The notes under the pieces were generated by a model, which ran no database searches, was not told where the DNA came from, and saw only the letters and a program-made list of their open reading frames with translations. From contig JBJBCN010000003.1 in the NCBI GenBank assembly GCA_047285805.1, forward strand, positions 672,001-736,000: a DNA stretch of 64,000 bases, read 5' to 3'. The stretch comes from Synechococcus sp. Lineage in GTDB: Bacteria > Cyanobacteriota > Cyanobacteriia > PCC-6307 > Cyanobiaceae. Below, in pieces: positions 40,921-51,398 of this stretch (position 1 is its first letter; each line of letters opens with the position of its first letter). Position numbers and translations under genes: made by a program.

Positions 40921-41661
40921 ATGGCCGTGCCTGCACGGAGCTCTCCCCAACGCATCTGGGTCGTGGATGACGATCCGGAGCAGCGGCGTTTGGTCGGCAC
41001 CTATCTGACCGACCAGGGCTACGACGTGCGCTGCCTGAGTAGTGGCGAACAACTCATGGTTCGGCTCGAGAGCCAACGACCCGATTTGGTCGTGCTCGAC
41101 GTGATGCTCCCCGGGGAGGACGGATTGACGCTGTTGCGCCGGCTGCGGGATGGCGGCGATGACTTGCCGGTGGTGATGCTGACGGCCAAAGGCGATGGCA
41201 TTGATCGGATCATTGGTCTGGAGCAGGGGGCCGATGACTACCTCGGTAAGCCTTTCCTGCCGCGAGAGCTGACGGCGCGGATTGAGGCGGTCCTGCGGCG
41301 CCGGGTGGCGCTGCCCGCCGGAACGCCCCTAGCGCAGGGCCAGCTGGTGGAGTTCGGTGAGAACCGGCTGGATTTGGCCAACCGCCGCCTGGAGCGCAAT
41401 GCCCAACCGGTCGTGATCACCAGTGGTGAGTTCAGCCTGTTGGCGGCCTTTGTGCAGCACCCCCATCGCCCCCTTTCCCGTGAACGCCTGATCGAGCTAG
41501 CCCGCGGACCGGAATCGGAGACCGATAGTCGCAGCATGGATGTGCAGATCTCCCGGGTCCGCAAGTTGGTGGAGCCCGATCCCTCCCGGCCCCGCTACCT
41601 GCAGACGGTCTGGGGGTACGGCTACGTCTTTGTGCCCGATGGCCAAGCACGCACCCGTTAA
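40921..41661 (+). CDS. OmpR-family response regulator
   Basis: VDDD, LDVMLP, GADDY.KPF, winged-helix QTVWGYGY. Confidence 0.95.
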   Translation: MAVPARSSPQRIWVVDDDPEQRRLVGTYLTDQGYDVRCLSSGEQLMVRLESQRPDLVVLDVMLPGEDGLTLLRRLRDGGDDLPVVMLTAKGDGIDRIIGLEQGADDYLGKPFLPRELTARIEAVLRRRVALPAGTPLAQGQLVEFGENRLDLANRRLERNAQPVVITSGEFSLLAAFVQHPHRPLSRERLIELARGPESETDSRSMDVQISRVRKLVEPDPSRPRYLQTVWGYGYVFVPDGQARTR

Positions 41662-42886
41662 GTACGTCCTGGCGGGGGCGGGTATCTCCGCTTTGGGGCT
41701 GGTGGTGTTGCAGTCCCTGCTGGCCCAGCGTCTGGAGCGTGCGCAGATTGCCCAGATGGGGCCGGAGGTGGCCTTCAACCTGCGGCTCGGGGAATTGGCG
41801 CTGGATCGCCTGCCCCCCCAGGCGCTGGCCCGGCTGAGTGGTTTGCCTTTGCGGGTGGGTCCCTTCCCTCCCGTGAGCCGCGATGGGCTCCTGCAACGCC
41901 AGGCGTTGCTGCTGCAGCAGGAGTTGTGCCAGCGGGTGCGGCCCTGTCCGCCGGTGCTGCCGGCCGACAGCGAGACGCCGGGGCTCTGGGTCGAGTTGCT
42001 GTCGCCCCTTGAGCCGATCTGGCTGTTCACCCCCGTGGGTCCCGCCCAGCGTTGGCCGCCCGATCCCCTCCTGCTGGGGCTCTCGCTGTTGACCGGCAGC
42101 ATCTCCGCCTCCTGTCTGTTCCTCTGGCGAGAGGTGCAAACGCCCCTGCAGCAGCTGGAGCAGGCGCTGGGGTCGGTGGGGCGCTCGGGTTTGCAACCAG
42201 CTCTGCCCGAGCGGGGCGCGCGGGTGGTCCGCTCGTTGACGGGGCGTTTCAACGCCATGGTCGAGCGCCTGGCCAGCAATGACCGGGAGCGGGCAACGAT
42301 GCTGGCGGGCATCGCCCACGACCTCAAGAGTCCTTTGACCCGCCTGCGGTTGCGGCTGGCGGACCAGCAGGAGGCGGAAGCGGACCTGGATGCGCTGGAG
42401 CGGATCACCAGTCAGTTTCTCCTGTTTGCAGGAGGGGGCGATGCGGAACCTGCGGTGCAGTTGCCCCTGAATCAGTGGTTGGCGGAGTTGACCGCCCCCC
42501 TGGAGGCGGAGCAGGTGCAGCTCGATCTCACTGCCTTGGAGGCGCGCGTGCAGCCGGTGGCCTTGGGCCGAGCGGTGGGCAACTTGATCGAGAACGCCCT
42601 CAGCCACGGCCAGGCTCCGCTCCGGTTGGTGCTGCGTCCGGCGGAGGCGGATGGCTTCCGCATTGAGGTCTGGGATCAAGGTCCAGGGATTCCGGCGGAC
42701 CAGTGGCCTCAGGCCCTGATGCCCTTCCAACGCTTGGACCGGGCGCGGGGTGGCAGCGGCCACTGCGGCTTGGGTCTCGCGATTGCCGCCCGCGTCGCCG
42801 CGAGCCATGGCGGCGGCCTAAGCCGGCTGCAGAGCGAGCGGGGATTTGCGGTGGTGCTGATGGCCCACTCCCTCGCGGCGGCTTAG
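41639..42886 (+). CDS. EnvZ-like sensor histidine kinase
   Basis: Two hydrophobic segments, HAMP, IAHDLKSPL, NLIENA, DQGPG, GLGL. Confidence 0.93.
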   Translation: MAKHAPVKYVLAGAGISALGLVVLQSLLAQRLERAQIAQMGPEVAFNLRLGELALDRLPPQALARLSGLPLRVGPFPPVSRDGLLQRQALLLQQELCQRVRPCPPVLPADSETPGLWVELLSPLEPIWLFTPVGPAQRWPPDPLLLGLSLLTGSISASCLFLWREVQTPLQQLEQALGSVGRSGLQPALPERGARVVRSLTGRFNAMVERLASNDRERATMLAGIAHDLKSPLTRLRLRLADQQEAEADLDALERITSQFLLFAGGGDAEPAVQLPLNQWLAELTAPLEAEQVQLDLTALEARVQPVALGRAVGNLIENALSHGQAPLRLVLRPAEADGFRIEVWDQGPGIPADQWPQALMPFQRLDRARGGSGHCGLGLAIAARVAASHGGGLSRLQSERGFAVVLMAHSLAAA

Positions 42887-42898
42887 CTCAGTCGGATG

Positions 42899-42932
42899 TG
42901 GTCACAGCTGGCGGCGGTCTTGGTCACAGCTG
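42899..42932 (+). promoter_or_regulatory. candidate response-regulator binding site
   Basis: TGGTCACAGCTG exact twice with a 22-bp period. Confidence 0.5.
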
Positions 42933-42978
42933 CGCGGTCGATCCCGCGCAGCCTGTGGGGGCACGTTGATTCACCGCG

Positions 42979-43401
42979 ATGTCGTCTTCTGTTTTTTCGC
43001 CTGTGCGCCCCCTCCAGCCGCTATCGCGCGCGCTGCAGTTGGGTCTGGTGCTTTGCCTGAGCACCAGCGTCCCCGTCTGGGCGGGGTCACGGCCGTCGAT
43101 GGGGGAGGGGAAGTCCGCCTTCGCTGAGCTGGAAGCGGAGGCCCTCTCCAAGTTCAGCCGTGAGCAGCGCCATCGCTATTTCGATGACCTGCGGGTGCTG
43201 CAGCGCCGCCGCTTTGATCAACGCCAAGCGGAGCTCTCTCGATTGCAGAACTGCCTGAATCGCACGGCCAAGGCGAAGGCATCGACCTGTTTTGAGCGCC
43301 GGCACCGCCACAACGGTGCCCTCTGGAGGCGCGAACTTCAGGCGTTGCGCCAGCGCTACAAGCTGCCGGTTCCGCCAAGCCATCACCAGCGCCCTTCCTG
43401 A
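42979..43401 (+). CDS. putative secreted helical protein
   Basis: Signal-like segment ending VWA; Arg-rich helices with a Cys pair. Confidence 0.6.
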   Translation: MSSSVFSPVRPLQPLSRALQLGLVLCLSTSVPVWAGSRPSMGEGKSAFAELEAEALSKFSREQRHRYFDDLRVLQRRRFDQRQAELSRLQNCLNRTAKAKASTCFERRHRHNGALWRRELQALRQRYKLPVPPSHHQRPS

Positions 43402-43406
43402 GGGAC

Positions 43407-43432
43407 AAAAAAAGGGGCCCCGTGGGGCCCCT
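43407..43432 (-). terminator. intrinsic terminator after pgk
   Basis: AGGGGCCCC/GGGGCCCCT with an A tract on the plus side. Confidence 0.8.
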
Positions 43433-43454
43433 GTAGCTGAATCGCCAGTGGAGA

Positions 43455-44660
43455 TCAGGCTTCGTCGAGGGCGGCCACGCCAGGGAGGACCTTGCCTTCG
43501 AGCAGCTCCAGGCTGGCGCCACCACCGGTGGAGATGTGGGACATCTTGTCGGCCAGGCCGGCCTTCTCAACGGCGGCCACGGAGTCACCACCGCCGATGA
43601 TCGTGCAGCAGCCCTTGCCGCTGAGGTCGGCCAGGGTGGTGGCGATGGCGTTGGTGCCAGCGGCGAAGGCGTCGAACTCGAACACCCCCATGGGGCCGTT
43701 CCAGATGACGGTCTTGCAGTCAGCCAGGGCGTCCTGGAACACCTTCACGGAGTCGGGGCCGATGTCCAGACCCATCCAGCCGTCGGGGATGGCATCCACC
43801 TTGGCGATCTGGCTGTTGGCGTCAGGGGCGAAGTTGTCGGCCAGCACCACATCGGTGGGCAGCAGGAACTGAACGCCCTTGGCAGCGGCCTTGGCTTCCA
43901 GCTCCTTGGCCAGCTCGAGCTTGTCCTCTTCCACCAGGCTCTTGCCTACGGACAGACCGCGGGCCTTGTAGAAGGTGAAGATCATGCCGCCGCCGACAAG
44001 GATCTTGTCGCACTTGTCGAGCAGGGCCTCGAGCACGCCGATCTTGGAGCTCACCTTGGAGCCGCCGACGATGGCGGCCAGGGGGCGCTTGGGCTCGTCG
44101 ATGGCGCCTTGGAGGTACTGGAGCTCCTTCTCCATCAGATAGCCGGCCACGCTTGGGCTCAGGTATTGGGTCACGCCCTCGGTGGAGGCGTGGGCACGGT
44201 GGGCGGCGCCGAAGGCGTCGTTCACGTACACGTCAGCCAGACTGGCCAGCTTCTTGGCGAAATCGCCTTCGTTCTTCTCTTCTTCTGCGAAGAAGCGGAC
44301 GTTCTCGAGCAGCACGACGTCGCCGTCGGCCATGGCGGCCACCTTGGCTTCAGCGTCGGCACCGATGCAGCTGTCGGTCTTCACCACGTCCTTGCCCAGC
44401 AGTTCGCCCAGCCGTGCAGCGACGGGGGTGAGGCGCATGGACTCGTTCACCTGACCCTTGGGACGGCCGAAGTGGGCCGAGAGGATCACCTTGGCGCCCT
44501 TGCCGACCAGATCATTGATGGTGGGGAGGGCAGCGCGGATGCGGGTGTCATCGGTGATGGCGCCGGCATCGTTCAGGGGCACGTTGAAGTCGACCCGAAC
44601 CAGCACGCGCTTGCTGCGCAGCTCGTCAGCGGAAAGGCTGGCCAGGGAGCGCTTCGCCAT
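43455..44660 (-). CDS. pgk: phosphoglycerate kinase
   Basis: [30 protein letters not shown]. Confidence 0.98.
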   Translation of the reverse strand: MAKRSLASLSADELRSKRVLVRVDFNVPLNDAGAITDDTRIRAALPTINDLVGKGAKVILSAHFGRPKGQVNESMRLTPVAARLGELLGKDVVKTDSCIGADAEAKVAAMADGDVVLLENVRFFAEEEKNEGDFAKKLASLADVYVNDAFGAAHRAHASTEGVTQYLSPSVAGYLMEKELQYLQGAIDEPKRPLAAIVGGSKVSSKIGVLEALLDKCDKILVGGGMIFTFYKARGLSVGKSLVEEDKLELAKELEAKAAAKGVQFLLPTDVVLADNFAPDANSQIAKVDAIPDGWMGLDIGPDSVKVFQDALADCKTVIWNGPMGVFEFDAFAAGTNAIATTLADLSGKGCCTIIGGGDSVAAVEKAGLADKMSHISTGGGASLELLEGKVLPGVAALDEA

Positions 44661-44794
44661 GGGTGAGACAAGAAGTAGAGGTCGGGCGAATTTAGCGGGC
44701 CAGTCAAGGGTCTCCTTGTTTGGAAGGCCTCTCGGGTGAGTGCTGGCTCTCTGGGCTGTGGGCGCTAGACAGAGGGAGCACCGGCCAATCGGCC

Positions 44795-45172
44795 ATGTTC
44801 GAGATCGTTCTCTTCCCCATCGACCGCAGCCGGCAGGCGGCTGAAACCGCCTCCTTCGCCTTGAAGTTGGCCCAGCAGCACGACAGCCGTTTGGTGGTGC
44901 TTTCGGTGGTGGAGCCCGGCCAGGACGATCCCGCCGCCGTCGCGGCCTTGCTGGAGCAGGCCCGCGGTCGCTTTCAAGAGCAGGGGGTGAGCTGCGAGGT
45001 GCTGGAGCGCGAGGGCAAGCCGGCCTTCGTGATCTGCGATGTGGCCGATGAGATCAATGCCGATGTGATCGTGATGGGGACCCGGGGGCTGAGCCTCGAA
45101 GCGGAGGATGCCCCGAGTACGGCCTCCCGTGTGATTCAGTTGGCACCTTGCCCCGTGATGGTGGTGCCGTGA
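44795..45172 (+). CDS. universal stress protein
   Basis: [20 protein letters not shown]. Confidence 0.92.
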   Translation: MFEIVLFPIDRSRQAAETASFALKLAQQHDSRLVVLSVVEPGQDDPAAVAALLEQARGRFQEQGVSCEVLEREGKPAFVICDVADEINADVIVMGTRGLSLEAEDAPSTASRVIQLAPCPVMVVP

Positions 45173-46068
45173 GTGAGCTGCTGAGTAGCGCAGCCCCGTC
45201 GATTCAGTGGTACCCAGGCCACATCGCGAAGGCGGAGCGTTCGCTCACCGACAACCTGGCCAAGGTGGATTTGGTGATTGAGGTGCGCGATGCCCGCATC
45301 CCCACCGCCACCGGCCATCCCCGGCTTCAGCGTTGGATTCAAGGCAAGCAGCACCTGTTGGTGTTGAACCGCCGGGACATGATCCCGACCCAGGCGCAGG
45401 AAGCCTGGGATGCCTGGTTTCGCAGCCAGGGTCAAACCCCTTGGTGGAGCGATGCCAAGGCCGGCACCGGCGTGAAGCAGCTGCAGCTGGCCGCGATTCG
45501 GGCGGGGGATTCCCTGAACGAGCGGCGCCGCAATCGGGGCATGCGTCCCCGGCCTGTGCGGGCCTTGATGCTCGGCTTTCCCAACGTGGGCAAGTCCGCC
45601 CTGATCAACCGTCTGGTCCGCCAGAAGGTCGTGGACAGTGCCCGCCGTGCCGGCGTGACGCGCAGCCTGCGCTGGGTGCGCCTGGGCCAAGACCTCGACC
45701 TGCTGGATGCCCCTGGGGTGCTCCCCCCGCGGCTCGATGACCAGCTCGCCGCCCTGCGGCTGGCGCTCTGCGACGACATCGGCCAGGCGGCCTATGACGG
45801 CGAGGCGGCGGCCATGGCCTTTGTGCACATGCTCTCCGCCCTGGAAGCCAAGGAGCAGTCCGGCGTGAAGCCCGGTCTGCTCGAGGGGCGCTACGGGATT
45901 CCCGTGGACCCGTTGCTTGGGGAGGGCGCGCCTCAACCGGATGTCCACGCTTGGTTGACGGGGGCTGCGGAGCGGCACACCAGCGGCGACACCGCTCGGA
46001 TGGCCCAACGGTTCCTCGATGACTTCCGGCGGGGCATGCTCGGACCGATTGCCTTGGAGTTGCCGTGA
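45169..46068 (+). CDS. ylqF: ribosome biogenesis GTPase RbgA/YlqF
   Basis: IQWYPGHI, DARIP, GFPNVGKS, GVTR, DAPG. Confidence 0.93.
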   Translation: MSELLSSAAPSIQWYPGHIAKAERSLTDNLAKVDLVIEVRDARIPTATGHPRLQRWIQGKQHLLVLNRRDMIPTQAQEAWDAWFRSQGQTPWWSDAKAGTGVKQLQLAAIRAGDSLNERRRNRGMRPRPVRALMLGFPNVGKSALINRLVRQKVVDSARRAGVTRSLRWVRLGQDLDLLDAPGVLPPRLDDQLAALRLALCDDIGQAAYDGEAAAMAFVHMLSALEAKEQSGVKPGLLEGRYGIPVDPLLGEGAPQPDVHAWLTGAAERHTSGDTARMAQRFLDDFRRGMLGPIALELP

Positions 46069-47042
46069 GTGCTTTTGGGGAAGGTGAAGGGGAGCTGCTG
46101 ACGCTCACCTACCCCAAGCCCCTGCCCATGCGCCTGGATCGGTGGCTGGTGGCCCAGCGCCCGGAGCAGAGCCGGGCTCGGATTCAGAAGTTCATCGACG
46201 CCGGCTATGTCCGCGTCAACGGGGTGACGGGACGGGCCAAAACCCCCCTGCGCCAGAACGACACGGTGGAGCTCTGGATGCCGCCGCCGGAGCCGCTCCC
46301 TTACCTGATTCCCCAGGACATTCCTTTGGATGTTCTCTATGAGGACGGGGATCTGATCGTGCTCAATAAGCCCGCTGGCCTCACGGTGCACCCGGCCCCC
46401 GGCAACAAGGACGGCACCTTGGTGAACGGCCTGCTGCACCACTGCCCCGATCTGCCCGGCATCGGTGGTGAGATGCGCCCGGGCATCGTGCATCGCCTCG
46501 ACAAGGACACCACCGGCTGCATCGTCGTGGCCAAAAGCCAGGAGGCGTTGGTGAAGTTGCAGGTGCAGATCCAGAAGCGCATTGCCTCCCGGGAATACCT
46601 GGCAGTGATCCATGGCGCACCGGCCGGAGACAACGGAACGATCGTGGGGGCGATCGGCCGCCATCCCGCCGATCGGAAGAAGTACGCGGTGGTCCACGAC
46701 GGCTCAGGGCGCCATGCCTGCACCCATTGGACCCTGCTGGAGCGCTTGGGTGATTACGCCTTAATGCGCTTCAAGCTCGACACCGGTCGTACCCACCAGA
46801 TCCGCGTCCACTGCGCCCACATCGGCCACCCGATCGTTGGCGATCCCGTCTACTCACGCTGCCGCAAGTTGCCCATGGCTCTGCCGGGTCAGGCGCTGCA
46901 TGCCTTCCAGCTCGGTTTGGATCACCCGATCCGCAAGGACCGGATGCGGTTTGAGGCCCCCCTGCCGGAGGTGATGGAGAAGCTGCTCAAGCTGCTGCGG
47001 CGGCGGGCAGGCGTGGACACGCCTCCACCAGCGTCCGAGTGA
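46065..47042 (+). CDS. RluA/RluD-family pseudouridine synthase
   Basis: S4 domain, HRLDKDTTG, TGRTHQIRVH. Confidence 0.95.
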   Translation: MSAFGEGEGELLTLTYPKPLPMRLDRWLVAQRPEQSRARIQKFIDAGYVRVNGVTGRAKTPLRQNDTVELWMPPPEPLPYLIPQDIPLDVLYEDGDLIVLNKPAGLTVHPAPGNKDGTLVNGLLHHCPDLPGIGGEMRPGIVHRLDKDTTGCIVVAKSQEALVKLQVQIQKRIASREYLAVIHGAPAGDNGTIVGAIGRHPADRKKYAVVHDGSGRHACTHWTLLERLGDYALMRFKLDTGRTHQIRVHCAHIGHPIVGDPVYSRCRKLPMALPGQALHAFQLGLDHPIRKDRMRFEAPLPEVMEKLLKLLRRRAGVDTPPPASE

Positions 47043-48609
47043 TCGCGGCCTGGGGCTGGCTGAGCAGCTGATCGCCCGGGCCCTCTTCGACGATCTGGCC
47101 ACCATCGAGCACCACGACCCGCTGACAGAAGCCGCTGGCCACCGAGAGGTCGTGGGTGACAAAGATCAGCCCCAAGCCGAGCCGGTCTTGGAGGGAGCGC
47201 AGCAGTTGCAGCACCTCCGCCTGCACCTCGGCATCGAGCATGCTCACGCTCTCGTCGCAGAGCAGCACCTGCGGTTCGAGCACAAGGGCCCGCGCGATGG
47301 CAACCCGCTGCTGCTGACCGCCGGAGAGTTGGCGGGGCAGCCGAGCTTCGAAGGCTTCCGGCGGCTGCAGCCCCACCGCCTCGAGCCATTGGCAGGCCTG
47401 CTCCCGGGCGGCACTCGGGCTGGCGAGCCCATGGATCAAGAGCGGATCGGCAATCGCTTCCCCAACGGTCATCGCGGGGTTTAAGCAGGCCAGGGGGTCC
47501 TGGAACACCATCTGAATGCGGCGGCGGGCCTGGCGTAGGGCTTCGCCTCGCAGGCGCATCAGATCGACCCCCTTGAGCTTCACGCTGCCGCCCCGCACCG
47601 GAGTCAGGCCCATCAGGGCGCGGCAGAGGGTGCTCTTGCCGCAACCGGAGGAACCCACCACGCCGATGGTTTCCCCATGGCGTAGCTGCAGGCTGACTCC
47701 ATCGACGGCCCGGTACCAGCGGGCCTGCCAGGGCAACCCCGGCAGGGGATGCCAGCAGCGCAGTTCCTCTAGCTCCAGCAGAGGGGCGGCATTCGAGGGG
47801 GCAGGTGTCAGGCCCCCCTCCCGGGCTCGCGCAGCGCCCACCAAGCGCTGGGCCAGGGGTGATTGCGGGCGGGTGAGCAGCGTGGTCGCCGGCGCCTGCT
47901 CCACCAGCTGGCCCTGGTCGAGGACGGCGATTTGATCGCACCAGCGCCCGGCCATCGCGAGGTCATGGCTGATCAGCAAGAGGGCGCTGCCGGCTTCCTC
48001 GCAGAGATCGCAGAGCTCCTGCATGACTTGCCCGGCCACGGCCACATCAAGGCTTGTGGTGGGTTCATCGGCAATCACCAGAGCCGGTCGCAGGGCAATC
48101 GCCAGGGCAATGGCAAGCCGCTGCCGCATCCCGCCGCTGAATTCATGGGGGTAGCTGCCGTAGCGCTCTTCTGAAATCCCGACCCTCCGCACCAGGGATT
48201 GGGCCCGCTCCCGGATTTGGGCTTGCTGCCAGGCCGGACGGTGTTCGCTAATGGTATCGGCGAGGTGTTCGCCGATGGTCATCAGCGGGTTGAGCCGGGT
48301 CATAGGGTCCTGAAAGACCAGGCTCACCGCCTCGCCCCGCAGCCGCCGCAGCTCCGCGCGCCGTAGGCCCCTCGGATCACTTCCGTTTAGCCGCAGGCTC
48401 CCTTGGCAGCGACTGCCTTTGGGCAGCAGTTGCAGCACGGCTCGCGCGACGGTGCTTTTACCGCAACCGCTGGGCCCCACCAGGGCCAGCCGCTCTCCGC
48501 CGTGCAGTCGCAGGTTGAGGCCATCCAGGGTGTTGCTCGCGCTCCCTGGGTAGCGGACACGCAGACCTTGCAGCTCCAGGACCGCAGCGGGATGGGCTGG
48601 GGCGGCCAT
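46987..48609 (-). CDS. peptide/nickel-type ABC transporter ATPase (two fused domains)
   Basis: Two GxSGCGKS motifs, FSGGMRQR and LSGGQQQR. Confidence 0.92.
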   Translation of the reverse strand: MAAPAHPAAVLELQGLRVRYPGSASNTLDGLNLRLHGGERLALVGPSGCGKSTVARAVLQLLPKGSRCQGSLRLNGSDPRGLRRAELRRLRGEAVSLVFQDPMTRLNPLMTIGEHLADTISEHRPAWQQAQIRERAQSLVRRVGISEERYGSYPHEFSGGMRQRLAIALAIALRPALVIADEPTTSLDVAVAGQVMQELCDLCEEAGSALLLISHDLAMAGRWCDQIAVLDQGQLVEQAPATTLLTRPQSPLAQRLVGAARAREGGLTPAPSNAAPLLELEELRCWHPLPGLPWQARWYRAVDGVSLQLRHGETIGVVGSSGCGKSTLCRALMGLTPVRGGSVKLKGVDLMRLRGEALRQARRRIQMVFQDPLACLNPAMTVGEAIADPLLIHGLASPSAAREQACQWLEAVGLQPPEAFEARLPRQLSGGQQQRVAIARALVLEPQVLLCDESVSMLDAEVQAEVLQLLRSLQDRLGLGLIFVTHDLSVASGFCQRVVVLDGGQIVEEGPGDQLLSQPQAAITRTLVEACPRLPAAAAA

Positions 48610-48719
48610 GGTGAAGGCGCTGCAATGACCCCAGGCTGGCAGGTGTGGCAAGGGCAAACCCTCACCTGTGGTCGGTTTGTGAAGGCCACTGCATACGATG
48701 GGACAAATCGCAGAGCGCA

Positions 48720-51080
48720 ATGCTCCAGGCGGTGCCCGGTACGGCAGACGGATCCGCCTCTAATGAGGCAGAGGCCGCTGCTGAATGCCAGCCCCCCGGA
48801 GCCGCAATCGGCAGACGGGTCATCAATGGCCCCGCGGACTACTGCATTGAGCTGCCGGCGTGGCTGCATACCTGCATCGATCACGTCCCCCCAGGAGCTG
48901 GCGAAAGCTGCCCCACCGACACCGAAGCGCTGCTGGCCTCAGCCTTCGACTTCGCCTTTCAACTCCACGACGGCCAGGTGCGGGCCAGCGGTGAGCCCTA
49001 CATCTGCCACCCGGTCGCCGTCGCGGATCTCTTGCGGGATATCGGTGCCAGCGCCGGGGTGATCGCCGCCGGCTTCCTCCATGACGTAGTGGAGGACACC
49101 GAGGTCACGCCCGAGGAGATAGAGCAGCACTTCGGCCCTGAGGTGCGGGGCTTGGTGGAGGGGGTCACCAAGTTGGGCGGCATTCACTTCACTAACAAGA
49201 CCGAGGCCCAGGCCGAAAACCTGCGCCGCATGTTCCTGGCCATGGCCAGTGACATCCGCGTGGTGCTCGTGAAGCTGGCGGATCGCCTCCACAACATGCG
49301 CACCTTGGGGGCGCTCAAGCCGGAGAAGCAGCAGCGCATCGCCCGGGAAACCCGTGAGATCTATGGCCCTTTGGCCAACCGCCTGGGCATCGGTCGCTTC
49401 AAGTGGGAGTTGGAGGACCTCGCCTTCAAGATCCTCGAGCCCGAAGCTTTCCGGGATGTTCAGCAGCAGGTCTCCAGCAAGCGCAGTGACCGGGAGCAGC
49501 GCCTCGGCGTCACCGCTGAGATCCTCAGCGGCAAGTTGTCCTCGGTGGGGTTGGAGGTATGCGAGGTAAGCGGACGGCCGAAACACCTCTATGGCATCTG
49601 GAACAAGATGCAGAGCCAGCGCAAGGCTTTCCACGAGATCTACGACGTGGCGGCGTTGCGGATCATTTGCCCGAACGTCGAGAGCTGCTACCGAGCCCTG
49701 GCGGTGGTGCATGACACCTTCCGCCCAATCCCTGGCCGCTTCAAGGACTACATCGGCCTGCCCAAGCCAAACGGCTACCAGTCCCTGCACACGGCGGTGA
49801 TCGGTCGCCATCGCCCGATTGAGGTGCAGATCCGCACGGCGGAGATGCATCGGGTCGCGGAGTTCGGCATCGCCGCCCACTGGAAATACAAGGAGGGGGG
49901 CTCTCCGGCCGCCACGGGATCCGATGCCGAGCGCTTCAACTGGCTGCGGCAGCTGGTGGATTGGCAGAAGGATGGCGTCGGTGAGGACAGTGGCGACTTC
50001 CTGCGCTCGATCAAGGAGGACCTCTTCGATGAAGAGGTGTTTGTCTTCACCCCTGGTGGGGACGTGGTGGGCCTTCGCAATGGCTCAACCCCGGTGGACT
50101 TCGCCTATCGGATTCACTCGGAGGTGGGTAACCATTGCCAGGGCGCTCGCATCAACGACCGCCTTTGCCCATTGGCAACGCCGCTGCAAAACGGCGACTT
50201 CGTTCAGATCCTGACCTCGAAGAACGCGCACCCCAGCCTGGACTGGCTCAATTTTGTGGCGACGCCGACGGCGCGTAACCGGATCCGCCAGTGGTACAAG
50301 AAGAGTCATCGCGAGGAGAACATCCAGCGCGGCACCGACATGCTTGAGCGCGAGCTGGGCCGTGATGGTTTCGATGCGCTCCTCAATGGTGAGGCGATGG
50401 CGAAGGTGGCTCGCCGTTGCAACCTCGTTGGCACCGAAGACCTGCTGGCGGCTATCGGCTTTGGCGGAGTCACCCTTCACCAGGTTCTGAACCGCCTGCG
50501 GGAAGAACTGCGCCTGGCGACTGAGTCCGAGACTCCGGTCGTCAGCGATGAGGAGCTGGCTCGCAATCTGTCCCAGCAGGGTGAGCTGGCCTCGGGCCCT
50601 TCGACCCCACTCACAGGCCACGGCGATGCCAGCCCGATCCTGGGTCTGGAGGGCCTGGAATACCGGCTGGGTGGATGCTGCAGTGCCCTGCCCGGCGAAG
50701 CGATTGTTGGCACGGTTGCCCTAGGCAATCATGGCATCACAATCCACCGTCAGGACTGCTCCAACCTCCGTTCCGTTCCGGCCGAGCGGCGCTTGCCGGT
50801 CCAGTGGAATCCCCAGCTCAGCGATTCCCATCGCCGCCGCTACCCCGTTCAGCTGCGCATCGAGGTGCTAGATCGCGTGGGCGTCCTCAAGGACATCCTC
50901 ACCCGCCTATCCGATCACCGCATCAACGTCAGCGATGCCCGGGTGCGCACCAACCCCGATCGCCCCGCGCGCATCGACCTGAAGGTCGAGCTGGAGAGCG
51001 CCGATCAGTTGCGGAACACCATGAATCAGATCCGCTCCATGGCGGATGTACTGGACATTGCCCGGGCGGGTATCGGCTAG
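48720..51080 (+). CDS. spoT: bifunctional (p)ppGpp synthetase/hydrolase
   Basis: HD motif LHDVVED, KLADRLHNM, YQSLHT, TGS and ACT domains. Confidence 0.95.
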   Translation: MLQAVPGTADGSASNEAEAAAECQPPGAAIGRRVINGPADYCIELPAWLHTCIDHVPPGAGESCPTDTEALLASAFDFAFQLHDGQVRASGEPYICHPVAVADLLRDIGASAGVIAAGFLHDVVEDTEVTPEEIEQHFGPEVRGLVEGVTKLGGIHFTNKTEAQAENLRRMFLAMASDIRVVLVKLADRLHNMRTLGALKPEKQQRIARETREIYGPLANRLGIGRFKWELEDLAFKILEPEAFRDVQQQVSSKRSDREQRLGVTAEILSGKLSSVGLEVCEVSGRPKHLYGIWNKMQSQRKAFHEIYDVAALRIICPNVESCYRALAVVHDTFRPIPGRFKDYIGLPKPNGYQSLHTAVIGRHRPIEVQIRTAEMHRVAEFGIAAHWKYKEGGSPAATGSDAERFNWLRQLVDWQKDGVGEDSGDFLRSIKEDLFDEEVFVFTPGGDVVGLRNGSTPVDFAYRIHSEVGNHCQGARINDRLCPLATPLQNGDFVQILTSKNAHPSLDWLNFVATPTARNRIRQWYKKSHREENIQRGTDMLERELGRDGFDALLNGEAMAKVARRCNLVGTEDLLAAIGFGGVTLHQVLNRLREELRLATESETPVVSDEELARNLSQQGELASGPSTPLTGHGDASPILGLEGLEYRLGGCCSALPGEAIVGTVALGNHGITIHRQDCSNLRSVPAERRLPVQWNPQLSDSHRRRYPVQLRIEVLDRVGVLKDILTRLSDHRINVSDARVRTNPDRPARIDLKVELESADQLRNTMNQIRSMADVLDIARAGIG

Positions 51081-51187
51081 CCCCTGATCAGTTTGGGTCT
51101 ACACACCAACGCCTCGGCTGGTCAGCTGGGCTACAGCTTCTGCTGGCCAGTTTCTGTAGCAAGAGCGGACTAGACCAACCCGTTGCC

Positions 51188-51373
51188 ATGACCTCTGAAC
51201 AGGCTGCGCAGCTCATTGATGACGCTCTGGATCTGGTGCAGGAGCGCCTGGAGAGCCTCGGTCAAGGCGAACCCCTTGCCCATCAGGCCCTGATGGATGA
51301 GTTCCGCGAGTGGCGCCATCCCCCCGGCGGCCACATCGACTTGATGGTTTGCCCAGGCTTCACAACGAGCTGA
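51188..51373 (+). CDS. small hypothetical protein (61 aa)
   Basis: MTSEQAAQLIDDAL...LMDEFREW; host codon usage; fills the gap before mnmE. Confidence 0.6.
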   Translation: MTSEQAAQLIDDALDLVQERLESLGQGEPLAHQALMDEFREWRHPPGGHIDLMVCPGFTTS

Positions 51374-51398
51374 GGCAGCGAAAAGAGACACTGGAGGC

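Noticed and set aside
43536..44666. Long antisense ORFs, for example opposite pgk, prfB, eno and alaS
   Set aside because: Expected shadow frames of high-GC codon usage; no motifs.
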